Assembly: GCA_900556765.1 (NCBI GenBank) | Contig: USQH01000001.1 | Coordinates: 1 to 33,769, forward strand | DNA: 33,769 nucleotides | DNA from: an uncultured Oscillospiraceae bacterium | Lineage (GTDB): Bacteria > Bacillota > Clostridia > Oscillospirales > Acutalibacteraceae | Direction of reading: 5' to 3' | Shown: positions 1 to 9,122 of the stretch, piece by piece | Position numbering within the stretch: position 1 is the first letter of the stretch | Layout of the letters: each line of letters begins with the position of its first letter | Program-made: the position numbers and the translations under genes | The notes under the pieces: generated by a model | The model's database searches: none | Seen by the model: the letters and a program-made list of their open reading frames with translations, nothing else | Told to the model about the DNA's origin: nothing

Positions 1-41
1 TGCTGCGGCAAAATCCGTGCTGCGGCAAAATATACGCAAAA

Positions 42-80
42 GCGGTCTGCATTTAAAATGCAGACCGCTGATTTTTTATT
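42..80 (+). terminator. Intrinsic terminator hairpin, possibly bidirectional
   Basis: Inverted repeat AGCGGTCTGCAT / ATGCAGACCGCT (42-70) is followed by T6 at 73-78. An A-run precedes the stem, so minus-strand transcripts leaving tspO could also stop here. Confidence 0.7.
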
Positions 81-117
81 TTGTTCCGCACGGTGACCGC
101 ACAGTAACCGCGTATCA

Positions 118-207
118 ATCACTCGGTCACGCACATGAACTACTCGCCGCCTACTTTCCGATCACTCGGTCACGCACGGCGTCCATGCCGATCGCTCGGT
201 CACGCAC
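118..207. repeat. Three copies of 17-mer ATC(A/G)CTCGGTCACGCAC (118-134, 161-177, 191-207)
   Basis: Read directly, with spacing of 43 and 30 bp. It sits between the tspO stop (270) and the hairpin at 42-80. Confidence 0.85.
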
Positions 208-269
208 ATTGCCCCACAGCAACCCACTCGCCTACCATTTGGCGGCTGCTCGAACACGCGCGGTGACTC

Positions 270-743
270 TCAGTTAAGCACGGCGACACCGATGTTAAGA
301 TACAGCGCGAAGCACAGCCATATCAAATAGGGCAGCGTCAAATAACCCGCGCGCTCGTCGATGTGAGAAAAGCGAATTACCATCACGATCACCGCCGCAA
401 TCAGCAAAAGCAGCTCAAATATCGCCACCGTATACAACCCGAATCGGAAAAACAGTACCGGCCACAAAAAATTGAGCGCAAGCTGCAAATAATATGCCGT
501 CATCGCCTCTTGGCGGTTCGCGCCGCCGGTCATGCTGACGATGTAGGCGGCATATCCCATCATCAGGTACAGCACCGTCCACACGATCGGGAAAAGCCAA
601 CCCGGCGGAGATGCAGGCGGTTTGTTCATAACTGCGTACCGCTCCGAAAACGAGCCGGACGCAAACGCCGCCAAGCCGCCGACCGCCAGCGGAATTATCA
701 GCGCAATGAGCAGTTTTTTCAAATTTACAACGGCAACCTTCAT
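270..743 (-). CDS. tspO: TspO/MBR family (tryptophan-rich sensory) membrane protein
   Basis: Five hydrophobic helices and aromatic-rich motifs typical of TspO (PPGWLFPIVWTVLY, ALNFLWPVLFF, PYLIWLCFALYLN). The ORF-track start at 782 is a TTG. ATG at 743 (MKVAVVNLKK) is preferred. Confidence 0.85.
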   Translation of the reverse strand: MKVAVVNLKKLLIALIIPLAVGGLAAFASGSFSERYAVMNKPPASPPGWLFPIVWTVLYLMMGYAAYIVSMTGGANRQEAMTAYYLQLALNFLWPVLFFRFGLYTVAIFELLLLIAAVIVMVIRFSHIDERAGYLTLPYLIWLCFALYLNIGVAVLN

Positions 744-971
744 GATTTTACCCCGTTCCGCCGCCGCTTTTTTAGGCGGCAAGTTATCTGATAAGAGTTT
801 ATGCCGTTTTTGGTAAAATTATTACAGGCGCGCCGCAAAGTACCGCCCGAAATCCAGCCGTTTGCCGACGTACTGCGCAACGCACGAGCGCCGCCGTCCC
901 GTGTGCATGAAAGAAGCGGCGTCTTCGCAAACGAAAAACGCCGCCCGATGTGACTGTTATGCGCCTTAAAC

Positions 972-1598
972 TCAGTCCTTTTTCAGCTTTGCCAGCAGGC
1001 AGAACGCGTTGCCGCCTACCACATTGCCGAGCGTAATGACAACAAGCGGCAAAATCCACCTGTCGATGCTCATCGACAGCATAAAATAGAACATATCGGC
1101 GACGCTGTGCTCAAATCCCGCCAAAATGAATACGCTCACGCACAGCACAACGACCAGCGCCGATGAAAAATTGCGCTTTTCGCCCTGAGTAATATATGTA
1201 TCAACGGCGATAAACATCATTATGCCGCAGAAAACGCCAAGCACGAACAGGCTCGGCAGTCCATCGGCGACCTTTGTTTCGGAAACCGAAGTACAGCGGT
1301 CGATTATTTTATCAAACACACGGGTACAGCGAACAAGTCCGGCTGCCGCCGCCGCACCGATGAAATTGCCCGCCCATACCAGCAGGGTGAACAGTATGTA
1401 CGACGGCTTGTTTTTTACAATATAAGGCGCCTTGCCCGTAAACAGGTTCAGCCCGAAGCTGAGCACGCACAGCAGTCCGACGCTGAACAGGATCGACCCT
1501 GCGACGGCGTTCTCAACCGACAGATAGACCACACAGCCGATGCTGATAGCAAATCCCGCCAGCACGGCAAGCGCAAGGTCACGCAAGCATTTTTTCAT
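972..1598 (-). CDS. Formate/nitrite transporter (FNT) family protein, short form
   Basis: GFEHSVADMFY matches the conserved GFEHS(I/V)ANM segment of FNT channels. It has multiple hydrophobic helices. At 208 aa it is shorter than FocA/NirC. Confidence 0.75.
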   Translation of the reverse strand: MKKCLRDLALAVLAGFAISIGCVVYLSVENAVAGSILFSVGLLCVLSFGLNLFTGKAPYIVKNKPSYILFTLLVWAGNFIGAAAAAGLVRCTRVFDKIIDRCTSVSETKVADGLPSLFVLGVFCGIMMFIAVDTYITQGEKRNFSSALVVVLCVSVFILAGFEHSVADMFYFMLSMSIDRWILPLVVITLGNVVGGNAFCLLAKLKKD

Positions 1599-1683
1599 TT
1601 TTCATACCCCTCATTTTACCTTTATGTATTTATTTATAACGGCATAGACGCCGCAAAAAAACGGTATTTTTTCTCCGCACGGC

Positions 1684-2865
1684 TCACGCTGTCTTTTTTT
1701 CGCGCGATACGGCGAGCGCAATCAGCAGCACTGCCGGGAATATCATCGCGCCGAGCATTCCGGCACGCAGGTTGCCGCCGAATAAATCGGACACGAAGCC
1801 GACGGTAATCGGCCCGAGGGTGCAGCCGAGATCTCCTGCAAGAGCCAGCAGTGCGAAAAGCGCCATTCCGCCGCTTTGGTACTGCTTTGATGCATAAGAA
1901 AAGGTGCCGGGCCACAGCACGCCGTTTGCAAATCCGCACAGAGCGCATCCGACCAGCGACAGCACCGGCAGCGGCGACAGCGCCGCCAAGAGGTAGCTGA
2001 AGATTCCGAGCACACTGCACAGCGCCATAAAGCGTTCCAGCCGAATACGGTCGCTCATGCGCGCGTAAAGCACCCTCGCGCTGCCGGCGAGCAGGGCAAA
2101 GGCGCACGGTCCGGCGATGTCGCCGACCGTTTTGGACACGCCGAGCGCCGACTCGGTAAACGCCGACGCCCACTGGCACATGGCGATCTCACTGCCGCCG
2201 GCGCAGGTCATCATCAGCGCCGATTTCCAAAAGACCGGCGAGCGCAAAATCTCCTTCAGCGGCGCGCTGACGCCGTTTTCGCCCAGCTGATTTATCGGCA
2301 CAGCGGTAAACAGGAACATATTGCACGCCGGCAGCAGCGCCCAGATAAAGGACATATACCGCCAGTTTTCAACGCCGAAAGCAGCGAAAAACGCGGTCGA
2401 TACCAATATTACCGCCGCCTGTCCCCAGCAGTAAAAGGAGTGCAGCAGGCTCATCGCCGCCTCCTTGCGCGAGGTCGGGCATGCCTCGACGATGGGGCTG
2501 ACAAGCACCTCGATCAGTCCGCTGCCGGAGCCGTATATCAGTATTGCGATCAAAATGCCGGTAAACGGCGGCATAATGTACGGCAGCACGCCGAGCGCGA
2601 CCAGTCCCGCGGCGGCAAACGCGTGCGCGGCGACCACCGAGATGCGGTAGCCGATGCGGTCGACGAATTTGGTCGAAAGCCCGTCCACGACCAGTTGTAT
2701 AAAAAAGTTTATGGCGGAAACGGCGGATATCTGTGACAGCGACAGCCCGAAATCGCGGTTAAAGCTGACATAGAGCAACGGCGCAAAATTGCACACGATA
2801 GCCTGCGTAACATAGCCGACGTAACTTGCCTTGATAGTCATGTTGTAGTTTTTGCTTATCTTCAT
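1684..2865 (-). CDS. MFS transporter
   Basis: About 12 hydrophobic segments and an MFS motif-A-like loop (FVDRIGYR) after TM2. ATG at 2865 (MKISKNY) is preferred over GTG at 2904. Confidence 0.8.
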   Translation of the reverse strand: MKISKNYNMTIKASYVGYVTQAIVCNFAPLLYVSFNRDFGLSLSQISAVSAINFFIQLVVDGLSTKFVDRIGYRISVVAAHAFAAAGLVALGVLPYIMPPFTGILIAILIYGSGSGLIEVLVSPIVEACPTSRKEAAMSLLHSFYCWGQAAVILVSTAFFAAFGVENWRYMSFIWALLPACNMFLFTAVPINQLGENGVSAPLKEILRSPVFWKSALMMTCAGGSEIAMCQWASAFTESALGVSKTVGDIAGPCAFALLAGSARVLYARMSDRIRLERFMALCSVLGIFSYLLAALSPLPVLSLVGCALCGFANGVLWPGTFSYASKQYQSGGMALFALLALAGDLGCTLGPITVGFVSDLFGGNLRAGMLGAMIFPAVLLIALAVSREKKTA

Positions 2866-2909
2866 TTTATCACATCCGAAATGCATTTGATGATATGTTA
2901 GCACACTGT

Positions 2910-2933
2910 CAACAAATTTACAATTGTTTGTTG
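2910..2933. promoter_or_regulatory. Inverted repeat CAACAAA-N10-TTTGTTG in divergent promoter region (candidate operator)
   Basis: 7-bp perfect arms at 2910-2916 and 2927-2933, between the divergent MFS and zinc-ribbon genes. No regulator gene is adjacent. Confidence 0.3.
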
Positions 2934-3016
2934 AATATCCGACGCAAATGTGTTATATTTTTTATTAGTAATCGGGATAGTTGTATCCGATAAATATAAT
3001 TTGGAGGTATTTTTCT

Positions 3017-3871
3017 ATGTTCTGCAAAAATTGCGGTGCTCAGTTAAACGACGGCGCGGCGTTCTGCACAAGCTGCGGCGCGCAGACGGACGCTCAGACT
3101 GAGCAACCGGAGGCAAGCGCTCAGCCGGTGAATAATGCTCAGCCGGAGCAGCCGTTCCAGCCCACCATGCCGGTACAGGAGGCGGCTCAGTTCGGCGCCG
3201 TCAGCACCATGCTCGGCAGATTTTCGGCGGTTTTCTCCGACACCCTTTTCCTTGTAATATGCATTCTTGTCAGTGCAAACGCTGCATTTTCGCTCTTTAG
3301 CGGCAGTATAAATGTGCTGAGCGTGCTGTTTACCATTTTCCTTTGGCTGACTTATGTCGGCGCTAAAAAGGGTGAGATCAGCGGCAAGTATATGCGTTAC
3401 ACCAGCGGCACGGTCTTTGCAACATATGTTGTCGGTTGGGTCGTTGCGGGCGTATGCGCTCTCGGCGCTCTCATTTCGCTGGCTTCCGGTGGTTTGATCG
3501 CTTCGATATTGTCCGAAATCAGCAGTGATTATTCTTATGCACTAGGCTCATTGTTCTCCGGCGGTATCGGAGTTTTGGCAGCTATCATATTCCTGATTGT
3601 CGGAGCCGCAATTGCCGTTCTCAACTACTTCGGCGTTTTGACCATGCACAAGCTGGCTAAGTCAATGTACATGAGCGTTGAGTCGGGCGTTGAGCAGCTT
3701 GAAAAGGTTGATTCAGCTAAAACATGGATGCTCGTTTTCGGCATTGTCTACGGCATCGGTGCGCTGGGTTCCGTTGGCGATATTAAGTCGTTCCTGGCAG
3801 AGGGCAGCCTTGCCGCCGCATACATTGTCGCGTATGTTTGGCTCGGCAAAAACTTCGTAAAAAAGGCATAA
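3017..3871 (+). CDS. Zinc-ribbon domain membrane protein (hypothetical)
   Basis: GGAGG at 3003-3007 lies 9 nt before ATG 3017. The N-terminus MFCKNCGAQLNDGAAFCTSCGAQ has two CxxC pairs, followed by a Q/P-rich linker and several TM helices. The ORF-track start 2981 was trimmed. Confidence 0.75.
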   Translation: MFCKNCGAQLNDGAAFCTSCGAQTDAQTEQPEASAQPVNNAQPEQPFQPTMPVQEAAQFGAVSTMLGRFSAVFSDTLFLVICILVSANAAFSLFSGSINVLSVLFTIFLWLTYVGAKKGEISGKYMRYTSGTVFATYVVGWVVAGVCALGALISLASGGLIASILSEISSDYSYALGSLFSGGIGVLAAIIFLIVGAAIAVLNYFGVLTMHKLAKSMYMSVESGVEQLEKVDSAKTWMLVFGIVYGIGALGSVGDIKSFLAEGSLAAAYIVAYVWLGKNFVKKA

Positions 3872-3908
3872 TCGCGCCATAAGCAACAGTTAAAACTACA
3901 TATACAGC

Positions 3909-3949
3909 AAAAGGAACAGGTTCAGCAAATTTGAACCTGTTCCTTTTTT
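3909..3949 (+). terminator. Bidirectional intrinsic terminator
   Basis: Stem GGAACAGGTTCA (3913-3924) pairs with TGAACCTGTTCC (3932-3943). It is flanked by A4 upstream and T6 downstream, between convergent genes. Confidence 0.8.
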
Positions 3950-4124
3950 GCTTTCGGCTGAGTTGTAACCGGCATTTTTTTAATAACAACGGAGTGCGCA
4001 AACCGGCGGCACGGTGCGCGGATTGACAGGACGGCGCATGAAAATCAATTACGCGGCGCGCGAATCGGTGACACGGCACGTGCAAGTTCCCACCTCATCA
4101 AACGGAAAACGGCGTGTTCGGCGG

Positions 4125-5192
4125 CTAAATATCCCTCAGCAACCGCTCGGTGATCTGCGCCGTCGCATCCAAATCGCAGGAGGCGGCGTACAGGCTTTGC
4201 AGCAAACGGGTCTGCTCCCTTGCCTCGTCGAGCGACGCCGCCGCGCCGCGCAGCAGCTCGTCACACGCTTTGCGGTTAAATGAAAGCCGCTGGCGGTGCT
4301 TTTTCATCACCGGAATATCGGTAAATCGCCGCGCATGATACCTCCGTCGATCGGCGTCGAGCGAAATAAACCTGTTTTCGGTACAAAAAGCGACACGCGC
4401 ATCGGGCACAATGACCTGCTCGGCGACCTCGCCGGCAAACAGCGGACTCAGCCCCGTCACTATGTCGTAACCAAGCTCCAGCGCGGTGTGCCGCACCGCG
4501 GTCATGATCACACGCGCCGCCGCGCCGTAGTCGTCGTCAATTATCAGCAGGCTGTCGGCGGCACTGACCAATGCGTCGCCGTCGAACGCGATACCGTCGG
4601 GCGTGACGGCGGAAAGATAGCACAGCCGTTCGGTGCCGCTGCGTTTTTGCCGCCGCCCGAGCAGACGCGCCGTCGACATCATCGCAAACTGTGCCGCCTT
4701 TTTGCCGTCGGTGCAGTCCGCCGCGATGCGGAACGAGTCCCCAAGCAGTGACGATGCCGCCGACATATACCGTGACGCACGCGCATAAAGCGAATCGCGT
4801 GCGGAGTAGACCGTTTCGACCGCGTTGATCTCGCTTTGCAGCCGTTTGGCACTGCACGCGGCGTTGAAATCGACTGTTATCTCGCGCAGACAGGGGCGCA
4901 CCGCGCATATCAGGTGAGGAAAATCGCCCGAAATGACCGCAACGCCCGCACTCGGCGCAAAAACGCCCTCAACCCTCTTGGGATCGAGCGGATCGACCGC
5001 CGTCCAAATCTCGGCGCCGTGCGACAGCAGCTTGCCTGCGGCGGCGGTCATCGCCTGTGCGCGGCCCGTACCCGCCGCTCCGTAAAGAATGTACACACGC
5101 TCGTATCCGCTTGCGGCGTCGGCAAGCAGCGAGCAAAAGCCGTCCGCGCGGACGGCCGACAGAAAGCACCGATCGGGATATGTAAAAGACAT
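4125..5192 (-). CDS. P-loop NTPase-like protein with degenerate Walker A (resembles the Firmicute uncharacterised ATPase family I recall as PRK06851)
   Basis: N-terminal pattern FLSAVRADGF...RVYILYGAAGTGRAQAM...VAVISGDFPH parallels GGxTxxGF...ILKGGPGTGKS...DGTAPH of that family. Walker A reads GAAGTGRA (K to R, S/T to A). LLIIDDD is Walker-B-like. Confidence 0.55.
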   Translation of the reverse strand: MSFTYPDRCFLSAVRADGFCSLLADAASGYERVYILYGAAGTGRAQAMTAAAGKLLSHGAEIWTAVDPLDPKRVEGVFAPSAGVAVISGDFPHLICAVRPCLREITVDFNAACSAKRLQSEINAVETVYSARDSLYARASRYMSAASSLLGDSFRIAADCTDGKKAAQFAMMSTARLLGRRQKRSGTERLCYLSAVTPDGIAFDGDALVSAADSLLIIDDDYGAAARVIMTAVRHTALELGYDIVTGLSPLFAGEVAEQVIVPDARVAFCTENRFISLDADRRRYHARRFTDIPVMKKHRQRLSFNRKACDELLRGAAASLDEAREQTRLLQSLYAASCDLDATAQITERLLRDI

Positions 5193-5251
5193 AGCAAAAC
5201 CTCGCGTATGAAAAAAGTTTTGCTATATTCTATTCGCCCGACGAGGTTTTG

Positions 5252-5380
5252 TTACAGCGCGGTTATCCAGTCGATAAGCGCCGCGCCGAAGTAGCCGACC
5301 GCTATAAGCGCAAAGCACAGCATGGTAAAGGCAAAGGCGCGCAGCGCTATCGCCGTGCTTTTGCCGGAATTTTTATTCAT
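5252..5380 (-). CDS. Small hydrophobic protein (42 aa), hypothetical
   Basis: MNKNSGKSTAIALRAFAFTMLCFALIAVGYFGAALIDWITAL has one TM helix. GGGGTGA lies 5 nt before the ATG at 5380. It is co-directional with and 60 bp upstream of 4125..5192. Confidence 0.4.
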   Translation of the reverse strand: MNKNSGKSTAIALRAFAFTMLCFALIAVGYFGAALIDWITAL

Positions 5381-5576
5381 CCGTATCACCCCACGGTTAG
5401 TATCGGCGGCGGCGCGCATTTTATTCCGCGCGGACAAAATCAATCGGAAAAGCTCCCCGCATACAATGATATAGGGGAGTTTTTACCGCCGCGTTTTGTA
5501 AAAGTATGACATCCTCCATTTACCGCTTGATAGCGGTCGCGGCAGGGATTAGAATTTTATTACGGAGGAGAATATT

Positions 5577-6149
5577 ATGCATATTTTTTTCGATTCACCC
5601 CAGCAGTTTAAGATCGAACTTGACCGCGAGGATATGAACGAGCTTAACATAACCTTTGAGCAGATGGATTACAACGACGAGCACACGCGCGAGGTGCTTC
5701 AGGGACTGCTCCACCGTATCGGTGCGCCGGCAGGATTCGACGCCGAATCGGGCAGAATAATAATTGAGGTCTTTCCGAGCCCCGACGACGGATGCGTAGT
5801 TCGGTTCACGGCGGTCGAAGCGGAGCGCGCCACGCCGACCGTTCGTATGCGCCGCGTCAGCCGCGAACCCGAGGTGTATCGGTTCGAGAACGCCGCCGAT
5901 ATGCTGGCGGCGGTGTCGGCGATGCACGATACCGTCGGTCAGGACAACGACATTCCGTGCGAGCTGTACCTGCTTGACGGATATTATCAGGCTGTGGTGT
6001 ATATCGACCGCGATGAAAAGCGAGCGCCGCGTATACTCAGCGAATTCGGAAGCCGCGTAGGGACGGGAACGGCGGCAGCGGCGTTCACCGCCGAGCACGG
6101 GCAGCTGATAAGCGAAAATGTCGCCGCCGATATCGGAAAATACTTATAG
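5577..6149 (+). CDS. mecA: MecA-family adaptor protein
   Basis: GGAGGAG RBS. The N-terminus (FKIELDREDMNELNITFEQMDYNDEHTREVL) and C-terminus (VYRFENAADM...LYLLDGYYQAVVYID...ILSEFG...AEHGQLISENVAADIGKYL) align by eye to B. subtilis MecA (LRFGDFEDV...YSFENRYYLYVDF...ILLEYA...EEYGKLIISEHALETIKKHF). Confidence 0.7.
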   Translation: MHIFFDSPQQFKIELDREDMNELNITFEQMDYNDEHTREVLQGLLHRIGAPAGFDAESGRIIIEVFPSPDDGCVVRFTAVEAERATPTVRMRRVSREPEVYRFENAADMLAAVSAMHDTVGQDNDIPCELYLLDGYYQAVVYIDRDEKRAPRILSEFGSRVGTGTAAAAFTAEHGQLISENVAADIGKYL

Positions 6150-6600
6150 AACAAAATACCGGATATGACATATTCTGACGGGCAATATCGTGACAAAACG
6201 CCGTAAGCGTGACAAAATATCACATACGCGCGGCAAACTGCAAGCCATAATTGTGACTGAATATCGCAAATGCAGCGTGACAGCAGATCACAAAGGCGCA
6301 GTAATCCGTTGCAAATGTGCCAAAACATCACAAGCACGAAACAATCCGCGAGCAGCAATCGTTGTATAAAATTACAAACACAATCGCCACAGCAAAACAC
6401 ATCCGTGACACCTGTTCACGCACCGCGCCGCCGACTACGCACCGCGCCGCCAACTACGCACCGCGCCGCCAACTACGCACCGTGCTACCCATCCACGGAC
6501 TGCGCTACTTATTCACGCACGTTGACACCCACTTACACACGGTGACAGCAGATCACGCTCCTAACAAAGCATCAAAAACGTAAACGTGACAGCAAAGCAC
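6150..6600. repeat. 450-bp non-coding repeat-word region: GTGACA words plus 19/20-bp tandem units (6421-6517)
   Basis: GTGACA occurs at 6190, 6209, 6277, 6405, 6542 and 6586. The identical 15-mer GTGACAGCAGATCAC occurs at 6277 and 6542. Tandem units CACCGCGCCGCC(G/A)ACTACG sit at 6421-6439, 6440-6458 and 6459-6477, followed by degenerate 20-mers. Confidence 0.9.
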
Positions 6601-6602
6601 AA

Positions 6603-6633
6603 GCCGCCCGAACAGCAGTACCGTTCGGGCGGC
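6603..6633 (-). terminator. Terminator hairpin downstream of the P-type ATPase
   Basis: 11-bp perfect stem GCCGCCCGAAC / GTTCGGGCGGC with a 9-nt loop, 30 bp after the ATPase stop. Only a weak T-rich tail (TTGTGCTTTG) follows on the minus strand. Confidence 0.5.
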
Positions 6634-6664
6634 TCAATATACGCCGATATTTTTAATATGCGCC

Positions 6665-9094
6665 TTATCTCACCAGACGCGCGGAATTGAGCACGGTTAT
6701 CATCATCACGACCACGTCGGCGGCAACCGCCAGCCACATTATCGGGTAAATAAGCGCCGTCGCCATAACCGCCAGCTTGACCGCCAGCGGAAACGCGATG
6801 TTGAACCGCACCGCGCGCATGGTCTTTCGGCTGATTTTGATGGCATCGGGCAGTGCCGCGAGTGAATCGCCCGTCAACACGGCGTCGGCGGCTTCAATAG
6901 CCGCGTCGGTGCCGAGACCCATTGCAAATCCGACATCCGCGGCGGCAAGCACGGGCGCATCGTTGATGCCGTCACCCACAAATACGACTCCGTTCGACTG
7001 CTCGCGCAGAGCGGCGACGCGCGTCACCTTATCCTCCGGCAGCAGTCCGGCGGCAACGCGGTTTATTCCCACCGCGGCAGCTGTCCGCTCGGCGCTGTCG
7101 GCGTTGTCGCCTGTCAGCAGAGTCAGCTTATCCACGCCGAGCGAGCGCAGCTCGCTCATTACCTGAGCCGCATTGTCACGCGCGCGGTCGGCAAAGGTCA
7201 TGCCGCCGATAAGACGGCCGTCGACCGCAACGTAAATGCGACACTCGGGCAATTCCGCAGTGTCGATTCCGCGGCTTTGCAGCAGCGCCGCCGAACCGCA
7301 AACGATAGTCTGCGCGCCATCGTAAACTATTCCGCGCGCCGGCAGCTCGGTGTAGCTGCCCTCCGGCACGGCACAGTCGCTCGCGGCGACGGCGGCACGC
7401 GCGATCGGATGCGCGGAGTTAAATTCGGCTATTCTCGCCGCGTCAAGCACATTTGAACGCTCGGCGCCGCCTACGGTGTACACATTTTCAACGGTAAGCG
7501 TGCCGTCGGTGATCGTTCCAGTTTTATCAAACGCGGCGGCGTCGACCTTGGCCAATTTTTCAACATATTTGCCGCCTTTGATAAGCACGCCCTTTTTGGA
7601 TGCGGCTCCGACGCCCGCGAAAAAGGCGAGCGGCACCGATATTACCAGCGCACACGGGCAGGATGCAACCAGTATCGCCAGCGCCTTATACATCCACTCG
7701 GAGAAACTGCCGCCGAACAGCGGCGGCAAAACCGCGACCAGTACGCACACACCGATGACCACCGGCGTGTAAATTTTTGCAAATCGGGTAATAAAACGCT
7801 CGGAGCTGCCCTTTGCCGCCGTCGAATTTTCGACCAGGCGGATTATGCGCGCGGCGGCGGATTCGTCCGCCTCAGCAGTAGCGGTAACGTGCAGCAGTCC
7901 CTCGCCGTTGACCATTCCGCTCATAAGCGCTGTTCCGACGGCGGCGGCAATCGGCACGCTTTCGCCGGTGATTGCGGATGCGTCAATGTCGGACGCGCCG
8001 CTTACAACTGTGCAGTCGACCGGTACGCGCTCAAACGGGCGAACTATCAGCTCGTCACCGACCTTAACGTCGTCGGCGGAGACAACACTGCCGTCGGCGA
8101 GACGCGCCGTGTCGGGGCGTATCTCGGTCAGCTTTTCAATCGACTTACGGCTGCGACGCGCCGCCGCCGATTCTACTCTGTTGCCGATAAAGGACAGTAT
8201 CATTACCATTGCCGCCTCGGTAAATTCACCGATAGCGCAGGCGGCAACCACCGCGACGGTCATCAACAGCGACTCGTCGATATCGCGGTGTATCAGTCCG
8301 CGCACTCCCTCAATTGCGGTGCGCCAGCCGGCGATGACCGCCGACAGCACCATCAGTACGGCGCTTGCCGTCTCGCCGAGAGTGCCTTTGACAAAAGTGC
8401 TGACCGCAAATCCGGCGACAAACAGCGCCAGTGACAGCGCCAGCGTGATATAAAAGCTCGACGACGATCCGCCGTGATCGTGTTCATGTTCATGCTCGTG
8501 CGCATCGGAGTGTTCATGTGAATGTTCATGCTCATGCGCATCGGAATGTCCGTGTCCATGTTCGTGCGCATAAGAATGTTCATGAAAATGTCCGCCGTTT
8601 TCGGCGTCATGTGCATGGACGTGCCCGTCATTATGCTCATGCGCGGCAGCACTTTCGCCGTTTGTGACCGACTGCTCCGCGTTTTCATTTTTCCGCTCGC
8701 AAAGCATTTCGCCAACCTCTGCCGCAACCGTTCCGTTGTTGTTCAAAGCCGAAGCGCCCTCATTCGCCGCACTGACTTCGCTCGCCGCATTCGCCCGGCG
8801 TCCCATATCGGACGCACCAGCCGACTGCTCGCTGTTTTCCGACGGTCTGCCAAGCACAAGCCGCTTGGCAGCCGAATTGTACGCCTTTGCGATCACGCCG
8901 TGGCCGGTGGAGCCGACAATGCGCTGAACCGTATTCAGCAGATCGGCGTCAGGGGATTCGGCGGTGATCCTCAGTCTTCCTGTGGCGAGATTTATTTCGG
9001 CATCGCTGACAAACGGCAGCCGCTTTACATCGCGCACCACCCGCTCGCCGCAGCCCGAGCAATGAAGTCCGTCCAGTGTGTATTCATAGATCAT
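6665..9094 (-). CDS. Heavy-metal (Cd/Zn/Co-type) translocating P1B-type ATPase with N-terminal HMA domain and His-rich tract
   Basis: HMA CxxC (GLHCSGCGERV), a His-rich block (HEHSYAHEHGHGHSDAHEHEHSHEHSDAHEHEHEHDH), the CPC motif (SCPCALV), DKTGT, and GDGINDAP. Confidence 0.9.
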   Translation of the reverse strand: MIYEYTLDGLHCSGCGERVVRDVKRLPFVSDAEINLATGRLRITAESPDADLLNTVQRIVGSTGHGVIAKAYNSAAKRLVLGRPSENSEQSAGASDMGRRANAASEVSAANEGASALNNNGTVAAEVGEMLCERKNENAEQSVTNGESAAAHEHNDGHVHAHDAENGGHFHEHSYAHEHGHGHSDAHEHEHSHEHSDAHEHEHEHDHGGSSSSFYITLALSLALFVAGFAVSTFVKGTLGETASAVLMVLSAVIAGWRTAIEGVRGLIHRDIDESLLMTVAVVAACAIGEFTEAAMVMILSFIGNRVESAAARRSRKSIEKLTEIRPDTARLADGSVVSADDVKVGDELIVRPFERVPVDCTVVSGASDIDASAITGESVPIAAAVGTALMSGMVNGEGLLHVTATAEADESAAARIIRLVENSTAAKGSSERFITRFAKIYTPVVIGVCVLVAVLPPLFGGSFSEWMYKALAILVASCPCALVISVPLAFFAGVGAASKKGVLIKGGKYVEKLAKVDAAAFDKTGTITDGTLTVENVYTVGGAERSNVLDAARIAEFNSAHPIARAAVAASDCAVPEGSYTELPARGIVYDGAQTIVCGSAALLQSRGIDTAELPECRIYVAVDGRLIGGMTFADRARDNAAQVMSELRSLGVDKLTLLTGDNADSAERTAAAVGINRVAAGLLPEDKVTRVAALREQSNGVVFVGDGINDAPVLAAADVGFAMGLGTDAAIEAADAVLTGDSLAALPDAIKISRKTMRAVRFNIAFPLAVKLAVMATALIYPIMWLAVAADVVVMMITVLNSARLVR

Positions 9095-9122
9095 ATTCTG
9101 TTTCGCCCCTTTGCTAAATCAA

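Noticed and set aside
1634-2179. 181-aa Arg-rich minus-strand ORF overlapping the MFS transporter 3' end
   Set aside because: It is an alternative frame of a clear MFS coding region, with low-complexity Arg/Ala-rich composition and no independent start signals.
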